Origin: Candidatus Multivoradales bacterium
GTDB taxonomy: Bacteria > Acidobacteriota > Thermoanaerobaculia > Multivoradales > JAHEKO01
Length of the DNA stretch: 64,000 nt
NCBI GenBank assembly: GCA_965248055.1
Contig: CBDFIJ010000004.1
Coordinates: 3,281,973 to 3,345,972, forward strand
Reading direction: 5' to 3'
Position 1 is the first letter of the stretch. Every line of letters starts with the position of its first letter. Both the position numbers and the translations under genes were made by a program. Under the pieces are notes generated by a model. That model was given only the letters and a program-made list of their open reading frames with translations. It made no database searches and was not told where the DNA came from. This document shows positions 8,449-17,709 of this stretch, piece by piece.

Positions 8449-9452
8449 TGGCCGCAGTAGAGCTATCGAGCACGGTCGGTGTGAAGCCGGCGTGGCAAGC
8501 TCTCGGGGTTGCACGGGCCACTTACTACCGTCGCCAGAAGCCATCCAATGGGCGAAAGCAGCCCCGACCAACTCCCGCCCGAGCGCTATCGAGCTATGAA
8601 CGCGACCGAGTACGCGGACTTCTATGCTCGCCACGATTCGTCGATCGAGCCCCCGCTGAGGTGGTTGCCACCTTGCTCGATGAAGGCACTTATCATTGCT
8701 CTGAACGCACGATGTATCGCATTCTGGCTGCCGACAAAGCAACCAAGGAGCGACGCAACCAATTGCGCCGTCCACGCTATGCCAAGCCGGAGCTGGTGGC
8801 GACAGAGCCCAATCAAGTTTGGTCCTGGGATATCACTAAACTCAAAGGCCCAAAGACTTGGACTTGGTATTACCTCTACGTCTTACTCGATATCTTCAGC
8901 CGCTATGTGGTGGGCTGGATGGTGGCATCAAGAGAAAGCAGTGCCCTGGCCAAGCGATTGATTCAAGATAGTTGTATCAAGCAGGGCACTGCCCCAGGAG
9001 AGCTCATCCTGCATAGTGACCGAGGGTCACCAATGACCGCCAAAGGCACTGCCCAGCTCCTGGCTCAGCTCGGCGTCACTCGATCACTTTCCCGACCCAA
9101 GGTCCCGGACGACAATCCCTTTTCAGAAGCCCAGTTTAAGACCCTGAAATACCATCCGGGATTCCCCAGTCGTTTCGGCTCCATCGAAGACGCGCTCAGC
9201 TTTTGCCGACCTTTCTTTACTTGGTACAACACCGAGCATCGCCACAGCGGGCTCTCGATGATGACCCCGGAAGATGTCCACTACGGACGCACTGTGCAGG
9301 TCCTCGACCACAGAACCAGTGTTCTGGCTGATGTTTTTCTCAATAAACCCGAGCGCTTCGTACGCGGCTGCCCGAAGCCAAAACCATTACCCGACGCTGT
9401 CTGGATCAACCCACCAGATCGGGATCGATCATCGCTTGGCGATGCTCACTAA
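8448..9452 (+). CDS. IS3-like DDE transposase OrfB (rve)
   Basis: PNQVWSWDIT, LDIFSRYVVGW, HSDRGS and DNPFSEAQFKTLK. Confidence 0.93.
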   Translation: MAAVELSSTVGVKPAWQALGVARATYYRRQKPSNGRKQPRPTPARALSSYERDRVRGLLCSPRFVDRAPAEVVATLLDEGTYHCSERTMYRILAADKATKERRNQLRRPRYAKPELVATEPNQVWSWDITKLKGPKTWTWYYLYVLLDIFSRYVVGWMVASRESSALAKRLIQDSCIKQGTAPGELILHSDRGSPMTAKGTAQLLAQLGVTRSLSRPKVPDDNPFSEAQFKTLKYHPGFPSRFGSIEDALSFCRPFFTWYNTEHRHSGLSMMTPEDVHYGRTVQVLDHRTSVLADVFLNKPERFVRGCPKPKPLPDAVWINPPDRDRSSLGDAH

Positions 9453-9492
9453 TTAAAGATGACGTGTGTCTCATTATCGTTGGCAGGTTCCG

Positions 9493-9795
9493 CTATCGCC
9501 TTCTGCCGCTCGTTTTTCCGCTGGTACAACACCCAGCACCGTCACGCCGGCATCGCCATGCTGACACCCGAAGATGTCCACTACGGCAAGGCCGACCACA
9601 AGCTCAAGATCCGTCAACTGGCCCTTGACCAAGCTTGGCGAAACAACCCACAGCGATTTGTCCGTGGAAGACCGACCGTTCAGCTATTACCGAGGGCCGT
9701 CTGGATCAACCCACCCAAACATCAGCGCACCAAGGAGGTTGTCCCGATTCACTAATTAATTCTGCCAACTGTCTCAAAGTTGTTGACAGGTTCCG
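9493..9795 (+). pseudogene. 3' remnant of a second, related IS3-like element with its right end
   Basis: FFRWYNTQHRHAGIAMLTPEDVHYG...VWINPP is paralogous to the OrfB C-terminus; ends TGTCTCAAAGTTGTTGACA-GGTTCCG. Confidence 0.88.
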
Positions 9796-10867
9796 CTTTT
9801 GGACGCTGACTTGGGCCCGTCTGATCTTTGGATCGTCGTCACGAAGCCATCGGTGAGGGTGAACTCGGGTTCGGGCAGGCCCGCGGCAACGCATTTCCGG
9901 ATCATGTCGCGAGTGCCGGTGCCCATGCGCTCGATGTATTTGGTGAGGTAGAGCGGTTCGGCGAGCAGCGGGTTACCGGGAATGGAACTGTGAGGCTGGC
10001 GCAGCTTGTCTAGGGTGAGCGCTGCGGGGAGAGTGCCGGGATTCCAGACCTCCAGCCGGTCTGTGAAGAGCATGACCTGGACGCTGCCATTGCTGTTGTA
10101 GTCGCGGTGGGCGACGGCGTTGACAATGGCTTCGGCGACCACATCACGCGGAATTTCGTATTCGACGGGCGCCTGCGGTCCTTGCACCCGGGTGCCGACG
10201 CTGAGGTTGATCTTGGACATCACGAAGTCGATAGCCTGATCCACCAGCTCGAAGGCAGTGCCCTTGTAGACCTGGTGGGAGGGAATGGGCTTGGCGGAAG
10301 GGGAAAGTTGCGCGCCTTGCGGGCGCGGGGCACGAAGCGGGCGATGTGCTCTGGATCGAGGTCGTCGAGGGAGGCCTTGCGAGCCGCGCGGGCGTCCCAA
10401 GGGGCACGGTTGAGACTACCGGTTTCCTCAAGGTAGTCGACGAGACTGGCATAGACGTCGGGCAGCAGGTCCGTGGATTGCTGGAAGCGTCGGCGCACGA
10501 GTTGGTTGCCAACTTCACGAACCAGCGTCTGCATTTCCGGGTGCTTGTTTTCGTCACTAGCGCCTTTGACGAAGATCAGTCGGGTCTTGCCGAGGTCGGT
10601 GGCATGGTTGAACTCTCGGTGGGTAGGCGAGAGCCCGTCCGGGTTCTCCCATCCATACTCATCGCCGAACAGGCCGAGGTAAACATCGCACTTTGCGACT
10701 TGATCGAGGTAGACCTCGTCTGGCTGACGGTCTGAAGCCGGAACATCGCGCTCAAACAAGAATGCCTCGAAGAAACGTCGTAGCAACGGATCGTTGGAGA
10801 GATACTCTGCCAGTGCTTTCCGCTCTTCGGCGAACTCCTTCTGCACACTGCTGATGAAGATCTTCAT
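9796..10867 (-). pseudogene. DUF4062 plus ATP-binding (RecG-C/HATPase_c_4-like) protein, disrupted
   Basis: N-terminal KIFISSVQKEF.EER; C-terminal EAIVNAVAHRDY...DRLEVWNPG...IERMGTG lies in another frame after ~10295; cut at the 3' end by the IS remnant. Confidence 0.8.
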
Positions 10868-12428
10868 GCGGTGATACCGATCTTTTCCAGAATCTTCCGC
10901 AGGTCCTTGTCGGTCTTCTGGGCCTCGCCCTCAATCGCATTCAGTTCCGCGACGATCTCCACAATCGGCCGATAGGTCTCGGCGTCGGCTGTGTGGATGT
11001 AGCGGCTGGGGGATATGTTGTAGTCGGTTTTTTTCAGCTTTGCATGATCGACGATGCGGCTGAGTTTTTCTTCTTCCTTCCAGTTGGCGAGGACATCGGC
11101 GATGCGGTCGATCCCCTCGGGCGGGAGGAAGTTCTTGGGGTCTCCCTTTTTGAAGACCTGACTGGCGTTGACGAGCAGGACCTTACCTGCCCGAGTCTTG
11201 GGCTTGTCCCGGTTGAGAAAGAGGACGATGCCCGGGGCGGGAGTGTTGTAGAACAGGTTCTCGGGCAGGTAGAGGACGCTCTCGATGAGGTCGTGGTCGA
11301 CGAACCACTGGCGGACGGTTTTTCCTTGTCGGTATTCGCATTACCCGAACCGCGGGAGGCGGCGCCGGTGTCGAGCACCACGGCGGCGCGGCCCTCGGGC
11401 TTGAGGCTGGCGTGTATGTGTTGCACCCATCCCCAGTCGGCCGAGGATTTACCAGGGAAGCCGGCCCCGGCGGGGAAGCGGTCTAGTTCGTCAGCGTCGT
11501 AGTCTTTCTCAGAGTACTCCTTCTGGTTCCACATCGGGTTGGCGACTACGCGGTCGAAGGTGCGCAGTTTGCCGCGCCTGCGGAACTTGGGATTCTTGAA
11601 GGTGTCGCCGATCTCGATCTGACCCTCCATGTCGTGGATGATCATGTTCATGTTGGCCATGGCCCAGGTTTCGGGGATGTATTCTTGCCCGTAGAGTTTG
11701 AGCGGGGCGAAAGTACGCTTCTTCTGGCCCTTGGTCTTCGATTCCATGGCGATCTCGCACTTGATAAGCAGACCGCCGGAACCGCAGCATGGGTCGTAGA
11801 TATCCATGCCGGGCTCGGGAGCCAGCACCTTAGCCATGATCTCGCCGACTTCGGGTGGGGTATAGAACTCGCCGGCGCTCCTGCCGCTGCCTTCAGCAAA
11901 TTTGCGGATCAAGTATTCGTAGCTCTTGCCGATGATGTCGGCTTCCACGTCGTCGAGTCCCAGGCGCTTGGTGCTGATGGCCTCGATGAGGTTGGAGAGG
12001 CGGTCGTCGTCGAGATCACGCTGGCCGTGGGTAGTGGCGTTGAAGTCAACGCGGTCGATGATGCCCTGCAGCAGCGGGTTTTGCTTGGCAATCGCCCGCA
12101 TGTGGCTGGTGACGCCTTCGCCGATCTTGTCTGAGAGCTTACGGATGACCGACCAAACGGGCTGCTCAGGGTCCTTCGGTACCAGTGGCAGATAAAAGCG
12201 GACCAGCTTGTGGTCGGCTTTGGCGAGTAGGAAGGCCTTGTCGCGCGAACCGACCTCGGCGGCGATGCGGTTTATCTCGTCGTCAAAAACGTCGCACAGG
12301 CGCTTGGTGAAGACAAGCGGCAGGATGTAGTCCTTGTACTTGGGCGCGTCCTTAGCCCCGCGGATAGAGCAGGCGGCATCCCAGATCCAGGATTCGAGGG
12401 ATTTGACCTTGTCGCTGCTCTTGCCCAT
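10864..12428 (-). pseudogene. hsdM: Type I restriction-modification methyltransferase subunit M with a single-base frameshift
   Basis: GEFYTP, DPCCGSGG, NPMW; the HsdM-like C-terminus (LYLPENLFYNT...YNISPSRYI) continues in a shifted frame from the A5 run at 11319-11323 to TGA at 10864. Confidence 0.88.
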
Positions 12429-12498
12429 TTCTTTGTTCGCGCTCAGTTGGCCAATTATCTACGCTTTGGCAGTTTGAGATGTGAAGTGGTGCGTCTGC

Positions 12499-13326
12499 TT
12501 AGGCTACCGGAGGAGCGTCAGCTTCTTCCAGCGCCTTGCCGAATCTGGGTCTCCACCAGAGTTCGATCGGTCCCAGCAGGACATACGCCGAGCCAATCAC
12601 GAACAGGGTGACGGAGGGTTTGGCGAGAATGGCGACGAAGCAGATTGCTGCGAAGGTGAGGAAGCGATTGCTGGATTGGAGCGAGATCTCTTTTCCGGTG
12701 CGATAGGGGATGCCGCTGACCATCAGCAGGGCCAGGGTGACCAGGCCGAGACCGATGACATAGGCGGGTACGTTGGTTTCGATTCCCGACTCTTGCAGGG
12801 TGCCAGCAAACCAAGCGGTGGTGGCAACCATTCCGGCTGCGGCTGGGCTGGGGAGTCCTTGAAAGCGATTCTTGTAGCGACCGGCGGAGACGTTGAAGCG
12901 CGCCAAGCGCAGGCCGGCGCAGACCACGTAGGCAAACGCCACCACCCAGCCGCTCCAGCCCAAGTCGCTCAGCCTGCCGAAGTGAAAGGTAAGCAAGGCA
13001 GGGGCAACGCCGAAGGACACGGTGTCGGCGACTGAGTCGTACTCCGCTCCGAAGCGGGTTGCGACTCCCTGGGCCCGCGCCACTCGGCCATCCAGCAGGT
13101 CACAAGCCATAGCGAGCCAAATCGCGATCACCGCCTGATCGAGGTCGCCCTGGGCTGAACGCACGACGGCAAAGAATCCCGCCGCCAGATTGGTGGTGGT
13201 TAATATGTGGGGGATCAGCGTCGCTGGGTTACGTCGTGGGTGTTCGGATCGATCATGAGGCGTTGCGGGTTTGATATCAGCTCGCTTGGTGCCCTCAGTA
13301 CCAGCCCGGTGCGAAATCAAAGTCAT
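12499..13326 (-). CDS. pssA: CDP-diacylglycerol-serine O-phosphatidyltransferase
   Basis: DLLDGRVAR...FGAEYDSVADTVSFGVAP and LRLARFN; adjacent to psd. Confidence 0.92.
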   Translation of the reverse strand: MTLISHRAGTEGTKRADIKPATPHDRSEHPRRNPATLIPHILTTTNLAAGFFAVVRSAQGDLDQAVIAIWLAMACDLLDGRVARAQGVATRFGAEYDSVADTVSFGVAPALLTFHFGRLSDLGWSGWVVAFAYVVCAGLRLARFNVSAGRYKNRFQGLPSPAAAGMVATTAWFAGTLQESGIETNVPAYVIGLGLVTLALLMVSGIPYRTGKEISLQSSNRFLTFAAICFVAILAKPSVTLFVIGSAYVLLGPIELWWRPRFGKALEEADAPPVA

Positions 13327-14024
13327 GAATCTTGCGCAGGCATTTTCGCCAAAATTGTGCTGCCACCGCGTACCCGTCGTCCTGGGGTGACCAGCGGCTC
13401 GGCTTCAGTCGGCAACACCACGTCGGTTCGCGAGCCAAAGCGAATCAGGCCGTAGCGTTGGCCGCGCTCTAGCCACTCTCCTACCTGGGGATGGCAGACG
13501 ATGCGCCGGGCGATCAGTCCGGTAATCTGCACCACCTGAAAGCGCACTCCAGTGTCGGTGGTCAAAGTCATCGCGCAGCGCACATTGTCGGTCAGCGCTC
13601 GACGATCGAACGCTGGACGTTTGCGAGTACCGGCTCTCTGGATCGATTCCACCCGACCGCTCAAGGGCACGCGGTTGACGTGGACATTGAAGACCGAAAG
13701 GAAGATACCGATGCGCAGCCCCGGGGTACCGTTTTCGTCAACCGTCTCGCTGACCTCGATGATGCGGCCATCGGCTGGGGCGATCACGTCTTTTGGGTCG
13801 CCCGGAATGGTTCGCTGCGGGTTGCGAAAAAAGGCTAGAAAGAAGACCGCCAATCCACCGATTATTAGGGCAGGCCAGGTCCATCCAGCCCAGGCAGCCA
13901 GTGTGGCCAGCAAAGCGGCCGCGGCTGCCGGAATCCAGGCGTCCGGCACGATTCGCGCGGTCGGCCGTTCGCGAAAATGAGGGTTGCCAGGAGAGGCCGG
14001 CCGTGAGTCAAGGGTTTGCGACAT
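13323..14024 (-). CDS. psd: Phosphatidylserine decarboxylase proenzyme
   Basis: FFRNPQR, APADG, IFLSVFNVHVNR and IRFGSRTD cleavage motif. Confidence 0.93.
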   Translation of the reverse strand: MSQTLDSRPASPGNPHFRERPTARIVPDAWIPAAAAALLATLAAWAGWTWPALIIGGLAVFFLAFFRNPQRTIPGDPKDVIAPADGRIIEVSETVDENGTPGLRIGIFLSVFNVHVNRVPLSGRVESIQRAGTRKRPAFDRRALTDNVRCAMTLTTDTGVRFQVVQITGLIARRIVCHPQVGEWLERGQRYGLIRFGSRTDVVLPTEAEPLVTPGRRVRGGSTILAKMPAQDS

Positions 14025-14301
14025 GGTCGGAATTCTTGGGCGGAGTCAGTTGGGGATTCGAGTGGGTGTTGGACGTACAGCAGCATCATACCGATCTTGG
14101 ATGGATCGGAAGAGACGATCGATTCGATATTGGCCCGGTGAGGTTGCTTTGCCTGGACTGCCGGTTTGAGGTTGTCAGCTGGTCGAGGTACCATCATCAG
14201 TAGCCGACCTGTTGGTGCTCCGGCTTTCAACACGACCGTTCCTCACTATAGGACCGTATCCATTGGCAGTGCCTAGGTTGGCAACGCTGGAGGTATTTTG
14301 T

Positions 14302-15249
14302 ATGACTCAGTTTGCGACTGAATGGACTTGGCTTGACGGCGAATTTCGGCGCTCGGAAGAAGCGGTGACGCCGATCCTCTCGCATACCCTGCACTATGGG
14401 TTGGGAGTGTTTGAAGGGACTCGCTGCTATCAACAAGCGGATGGTTCTTCGGCTGTGTTTCGCTTGGATGACCATCTTGTGAGACTGGCCCAGTCAGCTC
14501 ACATCATGCAGTTGCCCTTGGCATTCTCAGTGGACGAACTGCGCCAAGCGACGCTGGAGTTGGTGCACAAGAATCAGCACCAGAAGTGCTACATCCGCCA
14601 TCTACTGTTTATTGGTGGCGATCGGATGGGTCTATATCCAGGAGAGGATCCGCAGACTCGGCTTTCGATTCACACCTGGGATTGGGGTGCTTACCTCGGG
14701 CAGGAAGGACTCGATCACGGCATTCGCTGCCGGGTTTCGAGTTTTGTCAGGCCGTTCCCGAATTCCTTCATGACCAAGTCCAAGACGGTTGGTAACTATG
14801 TCAACTCGATCCTTGCCAAGCGCGAAGCGGTTGACCTGGGATACGACGAGGCTTTGATGCTGGATACCGGTGGCAATGTTGCCGAGGGCAGTGGCGAAAA
14901 TCTATTCATGGTGCGCCGTGGGCAGGTGTTCACGCCGCCTCTGCGCACCGTGTTGGATGGCATAACCCGGAATACCGTGATCGCCATGTTAGCCGATGAC
15001 GGGGTGGATGTTCGGGAAGCGGACATCACCCGCGATGAGTTGTACACCGCGGAAGAGGTTCTGCTGACCGGGACCGCTGCCGAGATCACCCCAGTGCGGG
15101 AAGTCGATGATCGGAGGATCGGCTCTGGAGAGCCCGGGCCGATTACCAAGCGGCTGCAGGAACGATTTTTTGGCATGGTGGCCGGTGACCTGCCGGGCCG
15201 ACGGGACTGGTTGGCTCCGGTCGCGAGCACCGATCGCGTGACCGCGTAA
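14302..15249 (+). CDS. ilvE: Branched-chain amino acid aminotransferase
   Basis: HTLHYGLGVFEG, K.VGNYVNS, EGSGENLF, LDGITR and GTAAEITPV; ATG at 14302 after GGAGG. Confidence 0.95.
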   Translation: MTQFATEWTWLDGEFRRSEEAVTPILSHTLHYGLGVFEGTRCYQQADGSSAVFRLDDHLVRLAQSAHIMQLPLAFSVDELRQATLELVHKNQHQKCYIRHLLFIGGDRMGLYPGEDPQTRLSIHTWDWGAYLGQEGLDHGIRCRVSSFVRPFPNSFMTKSKTVGNYVNSILAKREAVDLGYDEALMLDTGGNVAEGSGENLFMVRRGQVFTPPLRTVLDGITRNTVIAMLADDGVDVREADITRDELYTAEEVLLTGTAAEITPVREVDDRRIGSGEPGPITKRLQERFFGMVAGDLPGRRDWLAPVASTDRVTA

Positions 15250-15426
15250 TTTGTGACCAGATAGGTTGTGACCAGATAGCCCTCGGTCGGCAGACCTTGG
15301 TGGTTGAGGTGCTGTTCTCTCAAACTAGGCGAATACCGCTGGCTGAAACATTTCCCGCTGCACGCCGTCATAAAGCTCATGAACCCGGAGGCCCAACCAA
15401 GGGCAGCCATCTGAAGGAGCAAACCC

Positions 15427-15978
15427 ATGAATCCCAATCGAAAGAGTTTTCTTGCCGTAGCAGTTCTACTGGCGTTGTTGGTGCCAGCCGTTGGGGTCGC
15501 CGCCGATGGCGACCGATGGATCCACATTCGAGTCCAGGACGCTAGCGACACCAATGTCGCGGTCAATCTTCCGTTGTCGGTGCTCGGGCCAGCGATGTCG
15601 GTGATTCCAGAAGACGTGCGCCATCTGAAGATCGAAGGTACCGATTTCTCGATGAAGGACATTCGGGCGATGTGGTCTGAGTTACGCAACCATCCCAATC
15701 AGGAGTTGGTCAAGGTCGACGAGCCGGATCAGAAAGTGACCGTTTCGTTGGCCGGTGACTACTTGCGGGTGGACGCCATTGGTGACGAGAATGTCCAGGT
15801 GAGAATTCCTACCGCAGTCGTCGATGCGCTGTTTTCTGGCGATGGCGATGAGTTGGCGATCGGTAAGGCTCTGGAAGTCCTGTCGACGTCTGGAGAGCAG
15901 GAGCTGGTTACGGTTACCGGAAAGGATGAGAACGTGCGCATTTGGGTTGACAGCTCGGCTGGCGGCGGAGTTTCTTAA
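15427..15978 (+). CDS. Secreted hypothetical protein
   Basis: Signal peptide; two internal V.V.LP/IP...ELV.V....V repeats; good RBS. Confidence 0.75.
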   Translation: MNPNRKSFLAVAVLLALLVPAVGVAADGDRWIHIRVQDASDTNVAVNLPLSVLGPAMSVIPEDVRHLKIEGTDFSMKDIRAMWSELRNHPNQELVKVDEPDQKVTVSLAGDYLRVDAIGDENVQVRIPTAVVDALFSGDGDELAIGKALEVLSTSGEQELVTVTGKDENVRIWVDSSAGGGVS

Positions 15979-16427
15979 TGAAGTTTCTCACCAGACCACT
16001 GATCGCCGTGGTGGCGATCACCGCTGGAGCGATCTTCCTTTCAGCCGCGATCGTCGCCGCCTCGGTACTGGTGGCACCCCCGGTCGGCGTTTCGGTCCAC
16101 ATTAAGCAGGAGGGGATCAAGTTTTGGGTTCCAGTTCCTTCGTTGTGGTTGGAGACGGGAGCAGCCCTGGTGCCTTTCGACGATCTGGGGCTTGACGATA
16201 TGCCCGAAGAAGCTCGCCAGGCGATTCGCGCCGCTTCCGGGATGATGGATGAACTGGGGCGCATCGACGACGCGCAGCTGGTTGAGGTTGAGACCGGCGA
16301 AGAGACGGTCAAGATCAGCAAGCGTGGCAAGTTGCTGCACGTTGAAGTGCGGTCAGCCGACGCCGATGTCGATATCGATGTTCCGATCTCCACTTTGGAG
16401 GCTTTACTGCAACGGGTTGCTACTTGA
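15978..16427 (+). CDS. Membrane-anchored hypothetical protein
   Basis: N-terminal hydrophobic helix; TAATG coupling to the upstream gene. Confidence 0.7.
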   Translation: MKFLTRPLIAVVAITAGAIFLSAAIVAASVLVAPPVGVSVHIKQEGIKFWVPVPSLWLETGAALVPFDDLGLDDMPEEARQAIRAASGMMDELGRIDDAQLVEVETGEETVKISKRGKLLHVEVRSADADVDIDVPISTLEALLQRVAT

Positions 16428-16515
16428 AGACGTGCTGACGGTTAGCTAGCTGGTCTGCGATTAGCAGCTCAGTGGCTTGACCGGGCAGGGAATGACTGAT
16501 CAACGACTTGACCGA

Positions 16516-17706
16516 TCAGAGCTCCTGGGGCGCTCGCGCCTCAGGATTTTCTCGTTTTAGGAGCCACAGCCAAGCGATGGTGGCAAGGGCGATTGCGATC
16601 TCCAGTCCACCCCCAACCACAAAGGTCGCCGCGTAGCCGCGCCAGGCCAGGGCCCAACTGCCAACCAACGGCCCGGTGGCGAAGCCCAGCGACCCGGCCA
16701 AGTTGAACAATCCCATCGCCGCCCCGCGAGTCTCGGTGGTGCTGTAGCGACCCACCAGGGTGATCGATGGCGGGAACATCACCGCCGCCAAGGCGCCCAG
16801 CAGGGCCATGACGATCCAAAGGTTGTTGAGGCTGGTGAAGCCGATGGTAACGAACAGGCAACCGTAGATCAGCGAGCCAACCACCAGAGGAACGAAGGGC
16901 CCAACCCGCTCCACCAGACGACTCGCCAACGGTTGGAGTAGGGCGAAGGGTAGGAGAAAGGCTCCTAGAAACCGGCCACGAATCGCCGGGTCGTCGATCC
17001 CGAGTTGCGCCAGGTAGAGTGGAAATACCACCAAGAAAAACCCCACCGCAAATCGATCGACGAAGTGAAACGCCAGCGGAATGCCGAGGCGCGGTTCGCG
17101 GCTCCACGAGCGGATAAAGCCAGCAAATCGCGGCGGGCTATCCTGCCTGCGGATACGGGCCAGGCCCAGGCTGGCGACGGCAATTAAGGCGAACAGTCCA
17201 CTGGCCAAGATCAAAGGGGCGCGCGGACCGTACCAGCGCGTTATGTAGCCGCCCATTGGCGCTCCCAGGGAAACACCGAAGATCAAAGCAGCGCCCACCC
17301 AGCCCATGGCCCGAGCTCGGTTCCCGTCGCGGGTGCGATCGACCGCGTAGGCCATCAACAGAGACCAACCCATCACCGAGGCGGCACCCTGGATGAAGCG
17401 CAGTACGAACAGAATCTCGATCTGATCGACCTGGGACATTGCTGCGTAGAGCAGCGCCGAAATACCAAAGCCCAAGGCGATCCAAGGGCGTCGGCGTCCA
17501 GTTCGGTCGCTCAAAATGCCCCACAGCGGCGCGAAGATAATGTAGGCGAAGGTCTCGATCGAGAAAAACAGGGTGGCGTCGTGGACGGTGCCCCCCAAGT
17601 CTTCGACGATGAACTCTTTCAATCCGGCAACCACCAGGGTCAGGTTGAACATCGCAACTGCGAGGCAAGACGCGACGCCCAGCGTCGCCCACTTAGAACT
17701 TCGCAT
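16516..17706 (-). CDS. MFS transporter
   Basis: About 12 TM helices; motif A GILSDRTGRR. Confidence 0.9.
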   Translation of the reverse strand: MRSSKWATLGVASCLAVAMFNLTLVVAGLKEFIVEDLGGTVHDATLFFSIETFAYIIFAPLWGILSDRTGRRRPWIALGFGISALLYAAMSQVDQIEILFVLRFIQGAASVMGWSLLMAYAVDRTRDGNRARAMGWVGAALIFGVSLGAPMGGYITRWYGPRAPLILASGLFALIAVASLGLARIRRQDSPPRFAGFIRSWSREPRLGIPLAFHFVDRFAVGFFLVVFPLYLAQLGIDDPAIRGRFLGAFLLPFALLQPLASRLVERVGPFVPLVVGSLIYGCLFVTIGFTSLNNLWIVMALLGALAAVMFPPSITLVGRYSTTETRGAAMGLFNLAGSLGFATGPLVGSWALAWRGYAATFVVGGGLEIAIALATIAWLWLLKRENPEARAPQEL

Positions 17707-17709
17707 TGA

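Larger units (their letters stand above)
7894..9492 (+). mobile_element. IS3-like element
   Basis: IRs TGCCAAC..TGAGACAC (7901-7920) and GTGTCTCA..GTTGGCA (9466-9485); orfA plus orfB; no target duplication seen. Confidence 0.85.
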
